DNA of 64,000 nucleotides, from contig RDEW01000011.1 of assembly GCA_011109175.1 (NCBI GenBank), positions 242,193-306,192 of the forward strand, written 5' to 3'. This DNA is from Dicyema japonicum (lineage: Eukaryota; Animalia; Dicyemida). Under the pieces are notes generated by a model. It saw nothing but the letters and a program-made list of their open reading frames with translations, was not told where the DNA came from and did not search any database. Positions within the stretch are counted from its first letter, which is position 1; each line of letters begins with the position of its first letter. The position numbers and the translations under genes are program-made. Positions 23,300-36,599 of this stretch are shown in pieces.

Positions 23300-25960
23300 T
23301 GCATGAAGCTCTTCTCATTCCTTTGGTCTAATCAATACTTGATAATAACCATCTATGGCGGCACCAGATATAATCGTAAATTATATCAAAAAGGACCATT
23401 AGTCAACAACCATTCACTTCCTCCAGGTTAGAGCATTTATCTGGTAGAGACTCGTCACTTCTGGAGACGTCAAACGGAATCCTGGACCAAAAAGCTGAAT
23501 TTACTGAGCCTTAACGTGAATGGAGTCAGAGGCAAAGTATCGGAGCTAAAGTTTTTTTTGTGAGAGAAACAAGGTCGATATCTGCCTCCTACAAGAAATC
23601 AAGCTTTCTGGAAGTGTCACTACTCCAAAATTCGATGAGTTTAACATACTGAGAGCGGATCGACAATTGGGTCACGGCAGGGTCTACAACCTCGTCAGGA
23701 AAGGAATTAGTTTTACGAAAACTCCTCGTATTCTGGAAACTTGCTAAAGACTCTAACACAGATGTTATTGGGCTATCAGTACAAACCTCTTTCGAAGTTA
23801 TTGTTGTCGGCAACATCTATGTTTCCCCTCCAGGATCTGTACAAAAGGATTTTCCGTGGATTTGTCTCGATAATGTGGAAAATTTGCTGGTGTTCGGAGA
23901 CTTTAACGCCAAACACCCTTCGTGGTATGCGAAACAACCTCCAGAAACAAGGGGGTATCTAATTCTTTCCCAACTGGAAATCTGTCCATTGTGAACGACC
24001 CAAAGAGTAATACAAAAACCCCGTACAATGACAAAGCTTATGTCACATCGCGGGATCTTACTATTTTTCACCACATCACGCACCTCTTATTCGCTGGTCG
24101 GTAAATTATGACTTAGGGACCAAACCCCATTTTGACTAAGATCAACTGTTCTCCATCGACTGGGACAACCCATATGTTATATTATGACTATTAATGCTGA
24201 TTGGACAGGATTTGAAAAATACCTTGATTCATCCTTATTGGACTTCCACTCTTTAATTTCAACTCCCTAGATAGGGTAGTATATCACTTTAATAAAATGA
24301 TTCTCGAGGAGAGAAATTTATGCTCAGAAAAGGAATCCTAAAACTCTCGAAAAGGAAATACGATGCTAAAACAATCAAACTAATAAAGGAAAGGAATTGC
24401 CTTAAACGTATACGCATCTAACAAGAGACGCTATTAACAGGGTCTGAGCACTGAACACGGAGATCTCCGAAAGTGTATAAAGTTTACAAAGAAGGAAACT
24501 GGGCCGCATATCCAATGCCATGAACCAAAATGGATCACTTCCAAGACTTGGGAGATATTAAAGAACATTAAAAACCCTGACAGTAAGAATGAGGGAGACC
24601 TTGATTACCAGATAGATCTAAATAAATTCATGTAGCTTGTGTGAGAAGAGGTCACAGACTCTACAAAAGAGTTATCATTCTATCAAACACCAAATTGAAA
24701 CCGAAAAAAGGGAAACCATCATTGTGTTTACTACCGAGGGATGTAGCATCGGAAGAACACATATTCCTGTGGGTTAGACGGGATTCCAGTGATTCTGTTA
24801 AAAAAATTGGGCACTGTGACTGTTTTTGTACTAACAAGCATTTTCAACCATTCGATCAATTAAAACTCAATCCCCGCTATATGGAAACTATTTGTTATTC
24901 ATGCAATCCTGAAGTCTGGGAAACCAAAGGATCCCGGCTCTACAGACCGGTGTTGTTTTTTTGTGTCCAGATAAGAATCTGTGAAAGAATAGTTATGACA
25001 CTCATCCGCCTCCCCTCCCAGACGCAAGGTTTCAGCATGGCCTCAAAGAAGGACGTCGACATACTTAAGGCATTTGACTCTGTTCCGAGGAAGATCACCA
25101 CAAACAAAATTTATTCGTCGAACCTTGACGCAACCTGAGGTTATGGTTGTGTAAATCCTTGAGCGGTCACCGAAAACGAATACGCCAGAGTAATCGATGC
25201 TTCCCATCGAGACTTACCAAATGGCATTCCTCAGGGTTCTCCATTATCTCCCCTCTTATTCAACCTTATGACAAATGACCTACCACTTCCAGGAGGTGAC
25301 AACGACATATTACTGTTGCATCGAAGGATGTGAGTATTACCAACGCAACGCGAAGATTACAGGACAGTCTGAATAATCTGAGTAAGTGGCTTTATAGAGA
25401 CCAATTGAGAGCAAGTCCGGAGAAGTCAGTTTTGACGTCATACAGGAGACTGGAGAAACTATTGATTGACGTCAAGTTAGACGGGAAAACTATCCGTAAA
25501 ACAAAACTCAGAAAATCCTCGGAGTTACCTTCGACACCTTAAATTTTGATGAGGAAATAACGGCTTGTAAAAAAAGATTAACTTCATGAAAGCTTTTAGG
25601 GGGAAATATAAGAGACACCAAATGCCTAAATTGATTGGATACCCAATACAACCAGTACATTGAACTTACAATTGAATATGAATGTGCTGCTTGGAGGACA
25701 AACCAATCAAGATCCATAAAAATTCAGTCAAAGGCGGCGAAAGTACAAGAGAAGTCTTCTTGCAAGGAAATCCTGCAGACGGAAATCGATTCCAGACATT
25801 GTTGCATCCAATGTTCTTTTTCTGAAAGTTCGCATATCCTATGTCTTCTGAGTGTATCAAGAAAAAGGAGTATAGGTCATATCCACATGTGGGGGTGATG
25901 AAACTAAGTGTATCTATACAAATCAGTACCAGATCCTCGTCACCAGCTCAACCCTCCGAC
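23300..25960 (+). mobile_element. Ingi-like single-ORF LINE, near full length but degenerate (2A-like peptide, APE, RT)
   Basis: LVTSGDVKRNPGP then LLSLNVNGVRGK, CLLQE, VGNIYVSP, FGDFNAKHPSW, DILKAFDSV, GIPQGSPLSPLLFN. Confidence 0.8.
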
Positions 25961-25983
25961 CCATTGGAAACTTAATATTATTT

Positions 25984-26112
25984 GAAGATTTAGATATATC
26001 GAAGGGATAACAAATTGATGATTTTTTAATTGAAATTAGCAAACATTAAAGATTTAAATATATTGAGGGAATAACAACTTGATGATTTTTTAATTGAAAT
26101 AAACAAACATTG
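25984..26112. repeat. Tandem duplication of about 64 bp
   Basis: aagattta.atatat.ga.gg.ataacaa.ttgatgattttttaattgaaat.a.caaacatt occurs twice. Confidence 0.85.
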
Positions 26113-26619
26113 AATTTTCTCTACCATCCTTTATTTTCAAGTGAAATTTACCAAGAACTTCGTCTTCCCTTAAAAGTGCACTTATTTGAACCATCCAATC
26201 ACATGATGAGTTCCTTCAAAATGTCATTATCAGTGATTAAATGATTTTTACTAATCAAGTAGACCTAGGAGACAGTTAAAATGCCATGGGTCCTCCCCGA
26301 AGGTCTGGACTTCCCTTGGAGTCCCATGTCACTCGTCATTACCTTCAGGAGATTTGAGCCACCCAATGCTCATGGCTATGAAGGAAACATTTAATCGGCC
26401 ACTTCTTCTCCTCTCAATGAGTTTGCTTTCAAATGGAGTGTGATAATTTGGGGATGTCTCTGATGCTTCCACCATAATTTATCTTTCCAATTTACTTCTA
26501 TTATATTAATTCAGAATTTTCAAAAATCGAAAAATTGTTAGAACTTAATTACATAATATAAATTAATAAAACCCAGTCTTATTTCAAAAGACCAAAAATT
26601 AATGAAAAAGTCAGGGACC

Positions 26620-27353
26620 TTACTGCTTAGGATTCTGAGGAGTTCTGAGTTCATCCTCTGAGTGGGCAAATTTGCATCTGTCCCCAAATCGGCAATGATT
26701 GTGTAACAGTATGTAGTCACATAACCTAGTTTTATAATTCCTAGGCTCTTTCTTTTTTTTGGGGGAATCCGTAGAGTTCTCCTCTTTTGGTGGCACTTCC
26801 TTTATTTTCTTTGAATCTCTCGACTTTCCTATCGTGAATCTGATCATTCCTTCCCCAATTCTCGGCACTAACTATTTAAGCAAATATAAACCGTAGGAAG
26901 TAACGGCAACGAAAATTTATCGAATTTCAATGTAACAATAAAATTTGATAATTAGAAAAGCGTCTCGTTTTATTAACTCACGTGGTAATTCTCTTTCAAG
27001 TAATGGAGCTGAGTGGTTTGGGTGGTGACGTACATCCATGCATGAAATGTCTACTCTTCATGATGGATGAGAGCTACTTTTCTCTCGTGAACATGAACGT
27101 GATGATGGATTCAGGAGACATTGGAATCCTGAGTTCAGTGAGAAGTGTCGGATGTTCGAAGTATTTGGGTTCAAATTTTGCCCGGTTTTGAGGATCAGTA
27201 ATGCTTATAAAAATTTCTGATAGCCACGAGATTCCTTTAGTGATGGGATCGGGGTAAATAGAGAATTTACTGTAATTTCAGAAATTACTACTTTGATTTT
27301 GAATAGTTTGGCAGACTGGATTAAATTAGTGCCCACTTTATTGATTTAATCAT
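26620..27353 (-). CDS. CCCH zinc-finger protein with one TIS11/TTP-type finger
   Basis: YKTRLCDYILLHNHCRFGDRCKFAHSEDELR; continuous frame from ATG 27353 using introns 27316-27336 (21 nt), 27270-27291 (22), 27204-27227 (24), 27056-27077 (22) and 26868-26981 (114, GTGAGT donor). Confidence 0.8.
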
Positions 27354-27475
27354 AATAAATCACAGTAGAACCTCTAGAATCCACCACTTTTAGGGAGTCC
27401 CAAAATGTAGGAGACGGATTCAAGAGGAATTGATAAATAATTAATAGTAATAATTAGAAAAGTAAATAATTAGAA

Positions 27476-27537
27476 TACGTGCTTATTAATCCACGTGCTT
27501 ATTAAACCACGTGCTTATTTAACCACGTGCTATCAAA
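27476..27537. repeat. 16-bp tandem array of CACGTG (E-box) units upstream of the CCCH gene
   Basis: tacgtgcttattaat ccacgtgcttattaaa ccacgtgcttatttaa ccacgtgctatcaaa. Confidence 0.8.
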
Positions 27538-27744
27538 CATAAACCACCAGAATTGGACCGCTATTTATATAGTAAATTATTCGCCAAAATTCTCTCCTCA
27601 TATGTACTCAGCCTACTCAACAAAAATAAATAATCAGCTGAGAGATCCTGTAAATCCCTCAAAGACATAAAATTGGGTTCTCACCTTCACTAAAGATCTG
27701 CGACTGTCTGGAATGGAAATTTCGATTATCGACATTTATGGGGT

Positions 27745-28740
27745 TAGTTATTAGCCCCTATCTCGCAATCTTGTAGGAGTCATGTATTGACTTTGAATTG
27801 GTTTTATCTGGAGGAGGCTGATGAATTTTAGCCAAATAACGAAACAGGAGTGTTATGGTCGGAATTATTTTTCTACAGTTTTTCGTGCAAGTCAGGAAGT
27901 GGCAAGGGTGGTCTGGTTTTGTGGTTTCATTCAATAATTGAAAGTTCCTCATACAGAGGTGATCTTCCACTGGGAGACTGGTGGCTTCCAAGTGGAGGTG
28001 GTCGGGCGGTGTAATTTATTGCATCCAATAATTGTTCAAAGAGCTCCATTTTGGACTATGAAATTTTTGGATTTTGGAGGCTGAGAGGATGAGGCCCAAG
28101 AGTCACGTAGTTCAAGGTCGTCCTGATATATTGTTTGTAGATGATTATAAGGGTTTCCTTGTCCTGACCAAAGGGCGGAGAGCGTTTATTTTCTTGTTTT
28201 TGCAACCACGTGGGAAGGAGAATGTAAGGTATTGTTCGTAGATTACTCTGAGGATTTTGGGTGTTTTGAGATAGGGAGGACTTTCTGAAGATTTTTCAGT
28301 TTCGATTTTATGTTTAGCTTAATTCGGTCGGAAGTGAATACTGCAACGCTGGACTTGGAGGAAGGGGGAGAGATGGTTCGTTAATAACCAAGAGTCTAGA
28401 GATTCCAAGTATGCTTGAAGGCGGGCTGAGGCGGAAGTAATGTTTCTCTCCCGAGCGAATATCAGGTCATCCACGTGACAAGCATACCTTCCAGCTCGGT
28501 TCTGCTATTTAAGTGGAAATTGAACAAAGCCGGAGAAAGGCAGAGAGCCTCGTAGGACTCCGTTTGGGAGGTAACGAGAACGAGATTTCTTTCACATAAC
28601 AAGGGTAAATCCTATTCTGCCAGAGAGAAATGATTTCAGATATCTCTGTATGAATGGAAGAATACTCGATGGGAATATCTTGCTGCAAACAACGTGCCAG
28701 GAAGTCCTGTCAAAAGCCTTAGAACTGTCAATGGAGTGCC
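27745..28740 (-). mobile_element. Ingi-like LINE remnant
   Basis: IDSSKAFD, PNGVLRGS, KQYIRTTLNY, LHLEATSLPVEDH..KPDHPCH motifs. Confidence 0.7.
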
Positions 28741-28989
28741 GATTTGTGATTGTTGATATTCAGAATCGTTAGGTATTCTGATATGTCCGGGTTACGTTCG
28801 ACGTCTTCGGAGAAGGCAAAATACTCGCGTAAAGAGTTGAGCGCCCCTTGAGAACAGACAAAAGGATCCCGTTGAAGTGAATATTCAATTGGGAAGAAAT
28901 TGTGGATTTTTTAGTAATTATGTAGAACTTGACATCCAATTTTCGCCGCGAGGGTTCGAGATAGGGATTGAGAAATTTTATTTATTTTT

Positions 28990-30300
28990 TATTTTATTTT
29001 TAATAACCCCGGGAACACCGAGAAAGAAAGACAAAAGAGTCAGACAGTTAGGTGATCCCAGTCCTCGCAATCACTTGTGCCATTCGACGTCTGTGATCCT
29101 CCATCGTCCCCACTACTTTCCGGAAGAGCCTTCTCTCGGTCTTGCAGAGGAATCCGATCGGGGAGGGGAATTTCTTATCCAATCGGTTTTCTCTTGCCAT
29201 GGGAAGGATTAGGAGAAGCGGATTTCCATCTTCCTCACAGAGGCGAAGAAATCCGGAGCCACGACTACGGATCTTAGCTTCCATGAGTAGTGGGTCGACT
29301 GTTGATCCATTACGTGGGGAAAGCATACTGATTGTTTTCCGGTATATCGAGTTGATTCTTTGGACCAAAGACTCCGATAGCCCGAATCTCCATGCAACGG
29401 AGGCATACTCAATGGCAGGCGCGATTGTTTGTTGGTAGAGTGTAGAAACGGAAAAGTCCATGTTCCTCGTGGTCCTCCGAACAAGGGCGCGTATAACGTT
29501 AACTTTCTGGAGGCCCCTGGTGATCATGTCTGTTGCGTGGGAGTTGAATTTGAGAAGGCTGTCGTACTTGACTCCAAGGACAATGGGGGACTTTGTCACT
29601 GGAATCCTAGTGGGACCAATGAAAAGACTCGGTTCATCCTTGGAACGACGGTCCGACGTGAATGTGGAACAGATAGACTTGGTTGCAGAAATCGTTAGTC
29701 GATTGCCAGCAATCCAATCGTGGAGAATGTTCAATTTTGTCTGAGTTTTAAGGGATGCGACTTGAGTCGAGCGGTTCCGTATTGCAATGACTACGTCGTC
29801 TGCGTAGGATAATAACAGGGAATCTTCGTCTCCATCATTAGGTAGGTCGTGTAGGAAAAGGTTGAATAGAATTGGTGAAAGTGGAGACCCCTGGGGTACC
29901 CCGTTCGGTAGTAATCGTGATCTAGATCTGAGATCACCACTGACTACTCTTCCACGTCTTCCAGACAAAAAGTTGGCCAGCCATAATTTCACATTCGGAC
30001 GAATATTAGTAGAAAAAATTTTTCCAACCAAGATTTTCCTCGAAACAGTGTCAAAGGCTTTGTTGATGTCAATAGAAACCAAGATTGTGCGTTTCTGAGG
30101 CGGAGGATGGGTGTTAAAACCGTCGGCAATTAACTGCGATAAAGTTTCCAAGTATGTAGCGGTGGACCTACCGCGGAGGAAACCATGTTGAAATATAGGA
30201 CGCAGAAGATACGGAATAATGACTGATAATACAAGTTTCTCCATAATTTTTGACAGTGTGCTGGTAACGGAAATAGGCCTGTTGGATGCAGGATTGAGAA
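28990..30300 (-). mobile_element. Ingi-like LINE, 5'-truncated, intact 398-aa RT/C-terminal frame
   Basis: QHGF, GFNTHPPPQKRTILVSIDINKAFDTV, GVPQGSPLSPILFN, YADD; ends ..RTGIT* with a short 3' UTR and A-rich tail. Confidence 0.92.
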
Positions 30301-31297
30301 ATGGTGGATTCGAAAAGAGTTTTTAATAATTTTATAATAAATTTTTAATTTGTTTGATTACAAAAGCATATCAGTTTCATATAATTTCTTCAGAATGTCT
30401 GAACTTCCAACCTCACTTCAATGCTTCGAGGATTATCCTCAAAGCAGGAATTCGAGGCTTGAAGTTCTACAGCCAACATTATTGTCCTCAGTACAATTTT
30501 TTAATTTAGCTTAAATAATCAAAGACACAGTAGAACATTACCTGGAAGCAGAGGAACAAGGGTATAAGTTAGTTCCTCTATGAAGGAAGTTACTTTATTT
30601 TAAGCTTACTGGCACGAAAGTACTAAGAAATGTTTATTTACAAAAATGTTAATTTAAAAATATCAACACAATGACTTCCTAACTTGATAAAGAATCGATT
30701 CAAATAAGAAAGCCCAATTATGCGCTGGTCTCTATCGGGGCAAGTAAAAGAGATCAATTCGAGTTCATTTAACTCTTTTTACCTACGAAGATCTGCCATG
30801 AATAGATTGAATAGTAATGGAGACAAAGGGATCCTTGGGGGACACTATTCAAAAGAAATCAGGAAATAGATCTTGACTTCCCAATACAGACGCCTCCCCT
30901 CCGACCAATAGGGAAGTTAGCTAACCAGAGTTCAAGCTTCCAGGGATCTTTGGTAAATTTTCAAAATAAGAATCGTCCTTGACACCGAGTCTTTAGGAGC
31001 AAATCTGCGAACGCTTAATAGCCGCCATCATCCAGTCCGACTTCCCAGAGGACGTAGAACAGGTTGACTGGGGAATAATTGTGGTTTTTTAGTTACCAGA
31101 TTGAAACTTATATCCAATTTTTCTCCACGTAAAGGTGAACCATATCGAAAAGTCCAAAACATCATGCTCATAACAATTATGGATATCTCAGATCAACCCT
31201 TATTGATCATCAACATTATGAATTAAAGATCCTTCAAATTGGAGACCATTTAGAAATGAGATCTCTGCAGTTTCTCTTCCAAGCCTACAGCCTAGAC

Positions 31298-32739
31298 CAG
31301 AGGTTTTCAGAAAATAATTATCGCGGAACACTAATCGTAAAAAAATAATCCACGGCACACATTAAAAAATTAAATTTTTTTTCGCATACGTAAAAGTAAG
31401 AACAAAAATTGGTAATTTAATGCGCAAATTATTATTAATATAAAACAACAATAAATGAGAGTATTCGGCGAGAATTATAATTTTTTGTAAAAACTCAAAA
31501 CAACAACGTCAATCGCATTGTCAACCATTCTACCAGATATGGATGATATATGCCGACGAGAAACAGTGTTATCTGACAGTGGTACCTTCATTATTATTTG
31601 TTTATATTTATGACCAAGCATAGTCCGAGCAATGGTACGACAAGCAGGTAATATCAAGTTTTCGCTAATAGTATTAGGTTTCAGTTCTTTTGTTGTCAAT
31701 TCAGAAATATGAACATTTCACTGATTCAGTTAGCTCACAAAAGTATCACTAAACAACATTTGACTGGATCTACAATACATAGTAAAAACTAAATAATACT
31801 TGTTATGCTAGGAACCATAGCATCTGTCTACTTCAGGATCGTGATAACGGAAAAACTAAGTCGGACACTGTAACTCAGTAAAAAAGACCGTTGATCACCT
31901 TACAACTAGATGTGGGAGAATGCTTAATAGCTCATATCTCAGGCACCATAATAAAGTAGTCAGATGTTTACACCTACATCTTAGCCGTCAATATGGAATA
32001 AGAAAAACTGAAGACCCATTAAGTACAATCTTTTGTCGCAAATGAATTTGTGGAGATTCGTGTAGACACGACGATCAGAACGGACACGGCTATAACAAAT
32101 AAACCCGACATTTTCGTTTATGATAAAACAAAAAATACGATTACTCTTGTTGAAATTGGGATCACTTCGCAAAACTACCTTAAGCAGGTCGAGGCAGAAA
32201 ATTTCCACAAGTATGACCTACTGGCGAACGAACTTTAGATTATTCATCGTGCAAAGGTGAAAATAATCCCTGTGGTCATCACCTGCATAAAATTGTCTCC
32301 AGATTTTTCAAAGGCCACCTGGATACCCTCAATGTTGAAGGGAGGGTCAAAGCTTATATACAGACGCTAGTGTTACGGAAGACTTTGTAGAGTATGCAAG
32401 CTGAGGAGAGGCATGGAGTATCGATGCCTGTTGATAAGGAAGACGGCAGGGAATGTCAACCTAGGGTAGTCTCTGAATTTGAGGTATGCAGCGACGTGAA
32501 CACTCCTATAAAGGCAATAGGGGTTGACTCCAAGAAAAGAGGATTGAGTTAGACGGGCGTTAAATGAATTACTCTTATTTATTGTTTGATTAATAAAATA
32601 AATGGTAAACCCAAATTTTTATTTTTTATTCTTTTATTTCCTTCTCTTTGACCCAGTGATCCTGGGGGTAATAATAATAATAATATTTTTTATTGGCACG
32701 CTAGAAATTGTCTTGCGGCACACCGTTTGACAATCTCTG
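31298..32739 (-). mobile_element. Non-autonomous Buster-type hAT (family of 61872-62802) with nested R4-like fragment
   Basis: Both termini match 61872-62802; degenerate TSD GCCTAGAC/GCCTTGAT; KPNTISENLILPAC..VPLSDNTVSRR. Confidence 0.85.
31835..32600 (+). mobile_element. R4/Dong-like RLE retrotransposon 3' fragment
   Basis: TVDHLTTRCG..YLRHHN, NKPDIFVYDK..VEIGITS..ENFHKYDLLANEL. Confidence 0.85.
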
Positions 32740-33984
32740 GCCTTGATCATTCCTGCCACTCTCTAAACAAACCCTAAAACAAAAGAAAAATTATGATGAC
32801 AAACAGTAACCTGTCTCGAATGCTATCATCCATCCCTTCCAGCCCCAATGACCGGAGTCGTTTGAATTTTGTTTCTACAAGAAGCACCCGAAGACTCGAT
32901 GATAATAAAATACTACACCGGCCTCCTCCTCCAATAGACAAATCAGAATCCTCTCTTCCGAGGTACGTCCGGGTAAACCTGGTTTGTCTACGATGTGGAC
33001 ACTACCCGACGCAATTATATCCTTCGTTTCTTTTGCAACCTCCATGTGTTCAGAACAAATAACCAATTTAATTGTCACAACGTTCGTCTACAATACCGGG
33101 ACTGACCGATCTATGGGAGCGACCAGCATTTGCTGCGTCCTACTTAATAGCTGCCTGCTTTCTACAAGTTAGTGAGGCGGGGTTACTTAACTAACTAACT
33201 TGACACAGAGTCAAAAGCTTTTTTGGACGTCAATGGAGCAAAGTAGTCCACATGTGTCCCGGCCTGTGAGAAAAACCATATCGTATAAAGTAGTCAATGC
33301 AGTTGGCTGGAAGTAGACCTCTTTAAAACCATGTTGAAATGACAAGTCGGGAAAAAATTTTTGATTTTGCAAGAACCTGGATTTTCGACAACGGACACAA
33401 TAAGGCGACCGGTCTGTATGAAGCCGTATCCTTCTTCACTTTTCCGGGTTTCAAAATTGTCATAGGTGGACAAGCTTCCATAAGACTAAAATAGAATTTT
33501 TGTTAATAGAGTGCTTGAATATCTTCGTCAATGTAGCGATTCCATAATCCCCCGGATTCTTTAGGAGGATCATTGGGATTTTATCTGGTCTGTTAGAATA
33601 TTTTGTTTTAATGATTTTCAATACATTTCTCACGTCGTTTTCAGTGAAAACAGGTTCCTTTTTCGGTTTAGTGAGATATAAAGGGGGACATCCGACTTCT
33701 TATAACTCTTGTGGGATATTTTCACGCAATATTTTGAAGTTATTCAAATCCTTTTGGCTGTGATCCTCATCAAATATCTTTCATCCCCTCTTAGACGTCT
33801 CGAATAGTCTTTTAAACTTCTGCAGTGGATCTATTTCGATTCAAAAATGAGAGCACGTGCTTCCATGTCGATTTTTGTTATTTGATCTCCGTTTTTTATT
33901 TCATTATTCAAAAAACTCAGCTTGAGCTTATCCTCAGTAGTTAATTAGGCGGACTTTTTGAGTTCGTTTCTTTGCTTATAGGCG

Positions 33985-34372
33985 GATAGGCGAAGAATTA
34001 ATGGTTTTGAACTGTGGTGCAGGAGGAGGTTACTAAGAATCCCTTGGACCTCCAAAGTAACAACCATCAATGTACTCAAACGGGTAGAGACTGACATTTC
34101 GCTAGAGGGAAGAATCGTAAAACACAGATTGGCGTTCTTTGGGAATGTTTTCCACTCTGATTCACTGGAAAGAACCATTATGCTGAGCAATATTACTGGG
34201 AAGAGAAGACCTGGCCGACCAAGGACTCGGTGGCTATCCACGGTGGAAGACGTCACGAGAATGCCTATATCAAGACTACTCCAAATTGCAACGGATCGGG
34301 GAAAGTGGAGGAAACTTGTTCATGAGATCACCAAAGGTCGGACACGACTAAATTGGACAACATAACATAACA
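33985..34372 (+). mobile_element. RTE-clade LINE, 5'-truncated 3' end
   Basis: RINGFELWCRRRLLRIPW..GKRRPGRPRTRW..DRGKWR; acaacataacataa tail. Confidence 0.88.
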
Positions 34373-34459
34373 TATTCTTTGCTTGATTAATGCCGACCTG
34401 TCATATCCCCCGGCGTAGTTAAGGTAACGTTTGGGCACAGTGATCTCGCATTCAAGATA

Positions 34460-35240
34460 TTTTTTTTTTTTTAAATTTAAAATTTATTTTATTTAAATTT
34501 AAACAATAGAAGTCAGGTAGTTGCCGCCCTCACCGCGTGGCTGTTCCCTCTCAAAATTGCGAGCGAAATTCGCTCAAATAGCCAGCGGCGTTCGCGGAGA
34601 TCTCCAGTGCATGAGGTGATCCGGTTTCCAAGACGTCCGAAAAACTCGAGTGTAGAGGGGGAGTAAGATCCGGAAGTCTCCATAGCAAGGGGAACAAATT
34701 TGACATCATCGGGAAGGTCGACGTATTTAACGAGTTTGGCCTTCTCCGCCTTTACGGATGCTGAACAGGCCCTTGTAGCACTCTCGTGAAGATTTTTCTG
34801 GGCGAACGTGTCTGTACATGTCACATCCCAAACCAGTGGTTTCCCGGCCTCAAATGGAAATATGGTCATCCCGTCCGGTCGTTTCCCGTCACTTCTGCAT
34901 AACCCGACCGGTTCAAGAATGGCCGAGTATCCAGCAGCATCCATAGCTCGCCTGACAATTTCATTCAGAGCCTTGTGCCTTGGGGATCTGCCAGCGCTCC
35001 TCCTGCAGGCGAGAGGGTGCAGGCCATAGCAGTCTATCAGGATGCCACATCGGCACGGGTGGGGTACACATACTTTTAGTCCCAGCCGCAGAGAGATACC
35101 AGTTCTAACGCATTCATCATCCAGAAAAGTGCCCAAAGCTCCATTGGGGATGGCGTTTAGCCAAGCTCCGCTCTCAGGGGAAGCCCCCGAAAGCAAACAA
35201 GCGCGTCGGTGCTGATTGGCAGATTCTAGTAGGAGTCCAA
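34460..35240 (-). mobile_element. CRE-clade non-LTR retrotransposon 3' end, intact 227-aa frame
   Basis: SGAWLNAIP, CRC..DCYGLHPLAC, RHKALN, KRPDG..WDVT, AEKAKLVKY, FVPLAMETSG, RISLAILRGN; poly(A) tail near 34460-34472. Confidence 0.9.
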
Positions 35241-35812
35241 ATGATTTCCAGCATAATAAGTTGTCCAGGTTTCGCTGGCGATCTTGGGAAGGAGGCAGGG
35301 GGAGGTTGGTGGCATTCCAGGCTTCTCGTGCGTGGATTATCTCTTGGTCAGTTGAGAGATATTGCAGTTTACATAAGTGACTATTTTTTCCATGGAATTA
35401 CAGCCATCCAGGTACTTCAGTAGGTTGTCAGTAAACGTACGGTAAAGTCTCCAGTCTTCACGTTTATAGTTGAATTGTACTGAAAACCTCCTCCCAGTTA
35501 AAGTTTCAAGATATTCTTCAGCACTGAAGTGATCTCCACAAATATAAGATCTTTCCCATATAAAATGAGTAGCCATCAACCTGCTTTTTGTTCCGGTTAG
35601 TCCGTATTGATTTGTATCTAGGAAACAGTTGGGTAGGGCTGTTTAATGGGAGTTTCGTCTCTTGGATCAAAGTAAAAAATTTAAATTAAATTTAAGTATA
35701 CACAATCGAACGGCCATTCGAGATCCGTAAATTAAGTGTTTTTTAATTAAAAAAATTTTCAATTACATTCAAAATTAATATTTAAATTTAAGTATTTTAT
35801 GTGGTTGGGTTG

Positions 35813-36330
<518 letters not shown>

Positions 36331-36599
36331 TATATCATTATTGTTACTTTTTATTATTATTATTTAATAGCAATGTTCGTGGAATCAGAAAAGTTTACTA
36401 ATTTGAGATTCCACTTTTGCCATGCATCTCAGGATACGTTTCCAACCTCCCCTTATCTCGCAGCCGCGACTTTTTTTATAATCTATCAAATTTATTTTTA
36501 ACGATTATTGAGAGATATTTTATTCGAATAAACATCAAAGTCATCAACGAGTAGTTTAAGATCATTTTTTAAATTCAAAATTTATTAATGAAAAAATAA

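Noticed and set aside
22700-23300. Possible micro-intron gene fragment on plus
   Set aside because: Splice-like sites are present but frames are broken and no homology is recognisable.
26160-26475. Small ATG-initiated gene downstream of the CCCH gene
   Set aside because: Several incompatible splice models and no motif; not a second CCCH finger.
29077-30098. Plus-strand ORFs opposite the RT, and similar antisense ORFs across the window
   Set aside because: Shadow frames of retroelement coding sequence with no independent evidence.
35510-35640. THAP-like ICGDHF motif
   Set aside because: N-terminal C2 ligands not found; too short to call.
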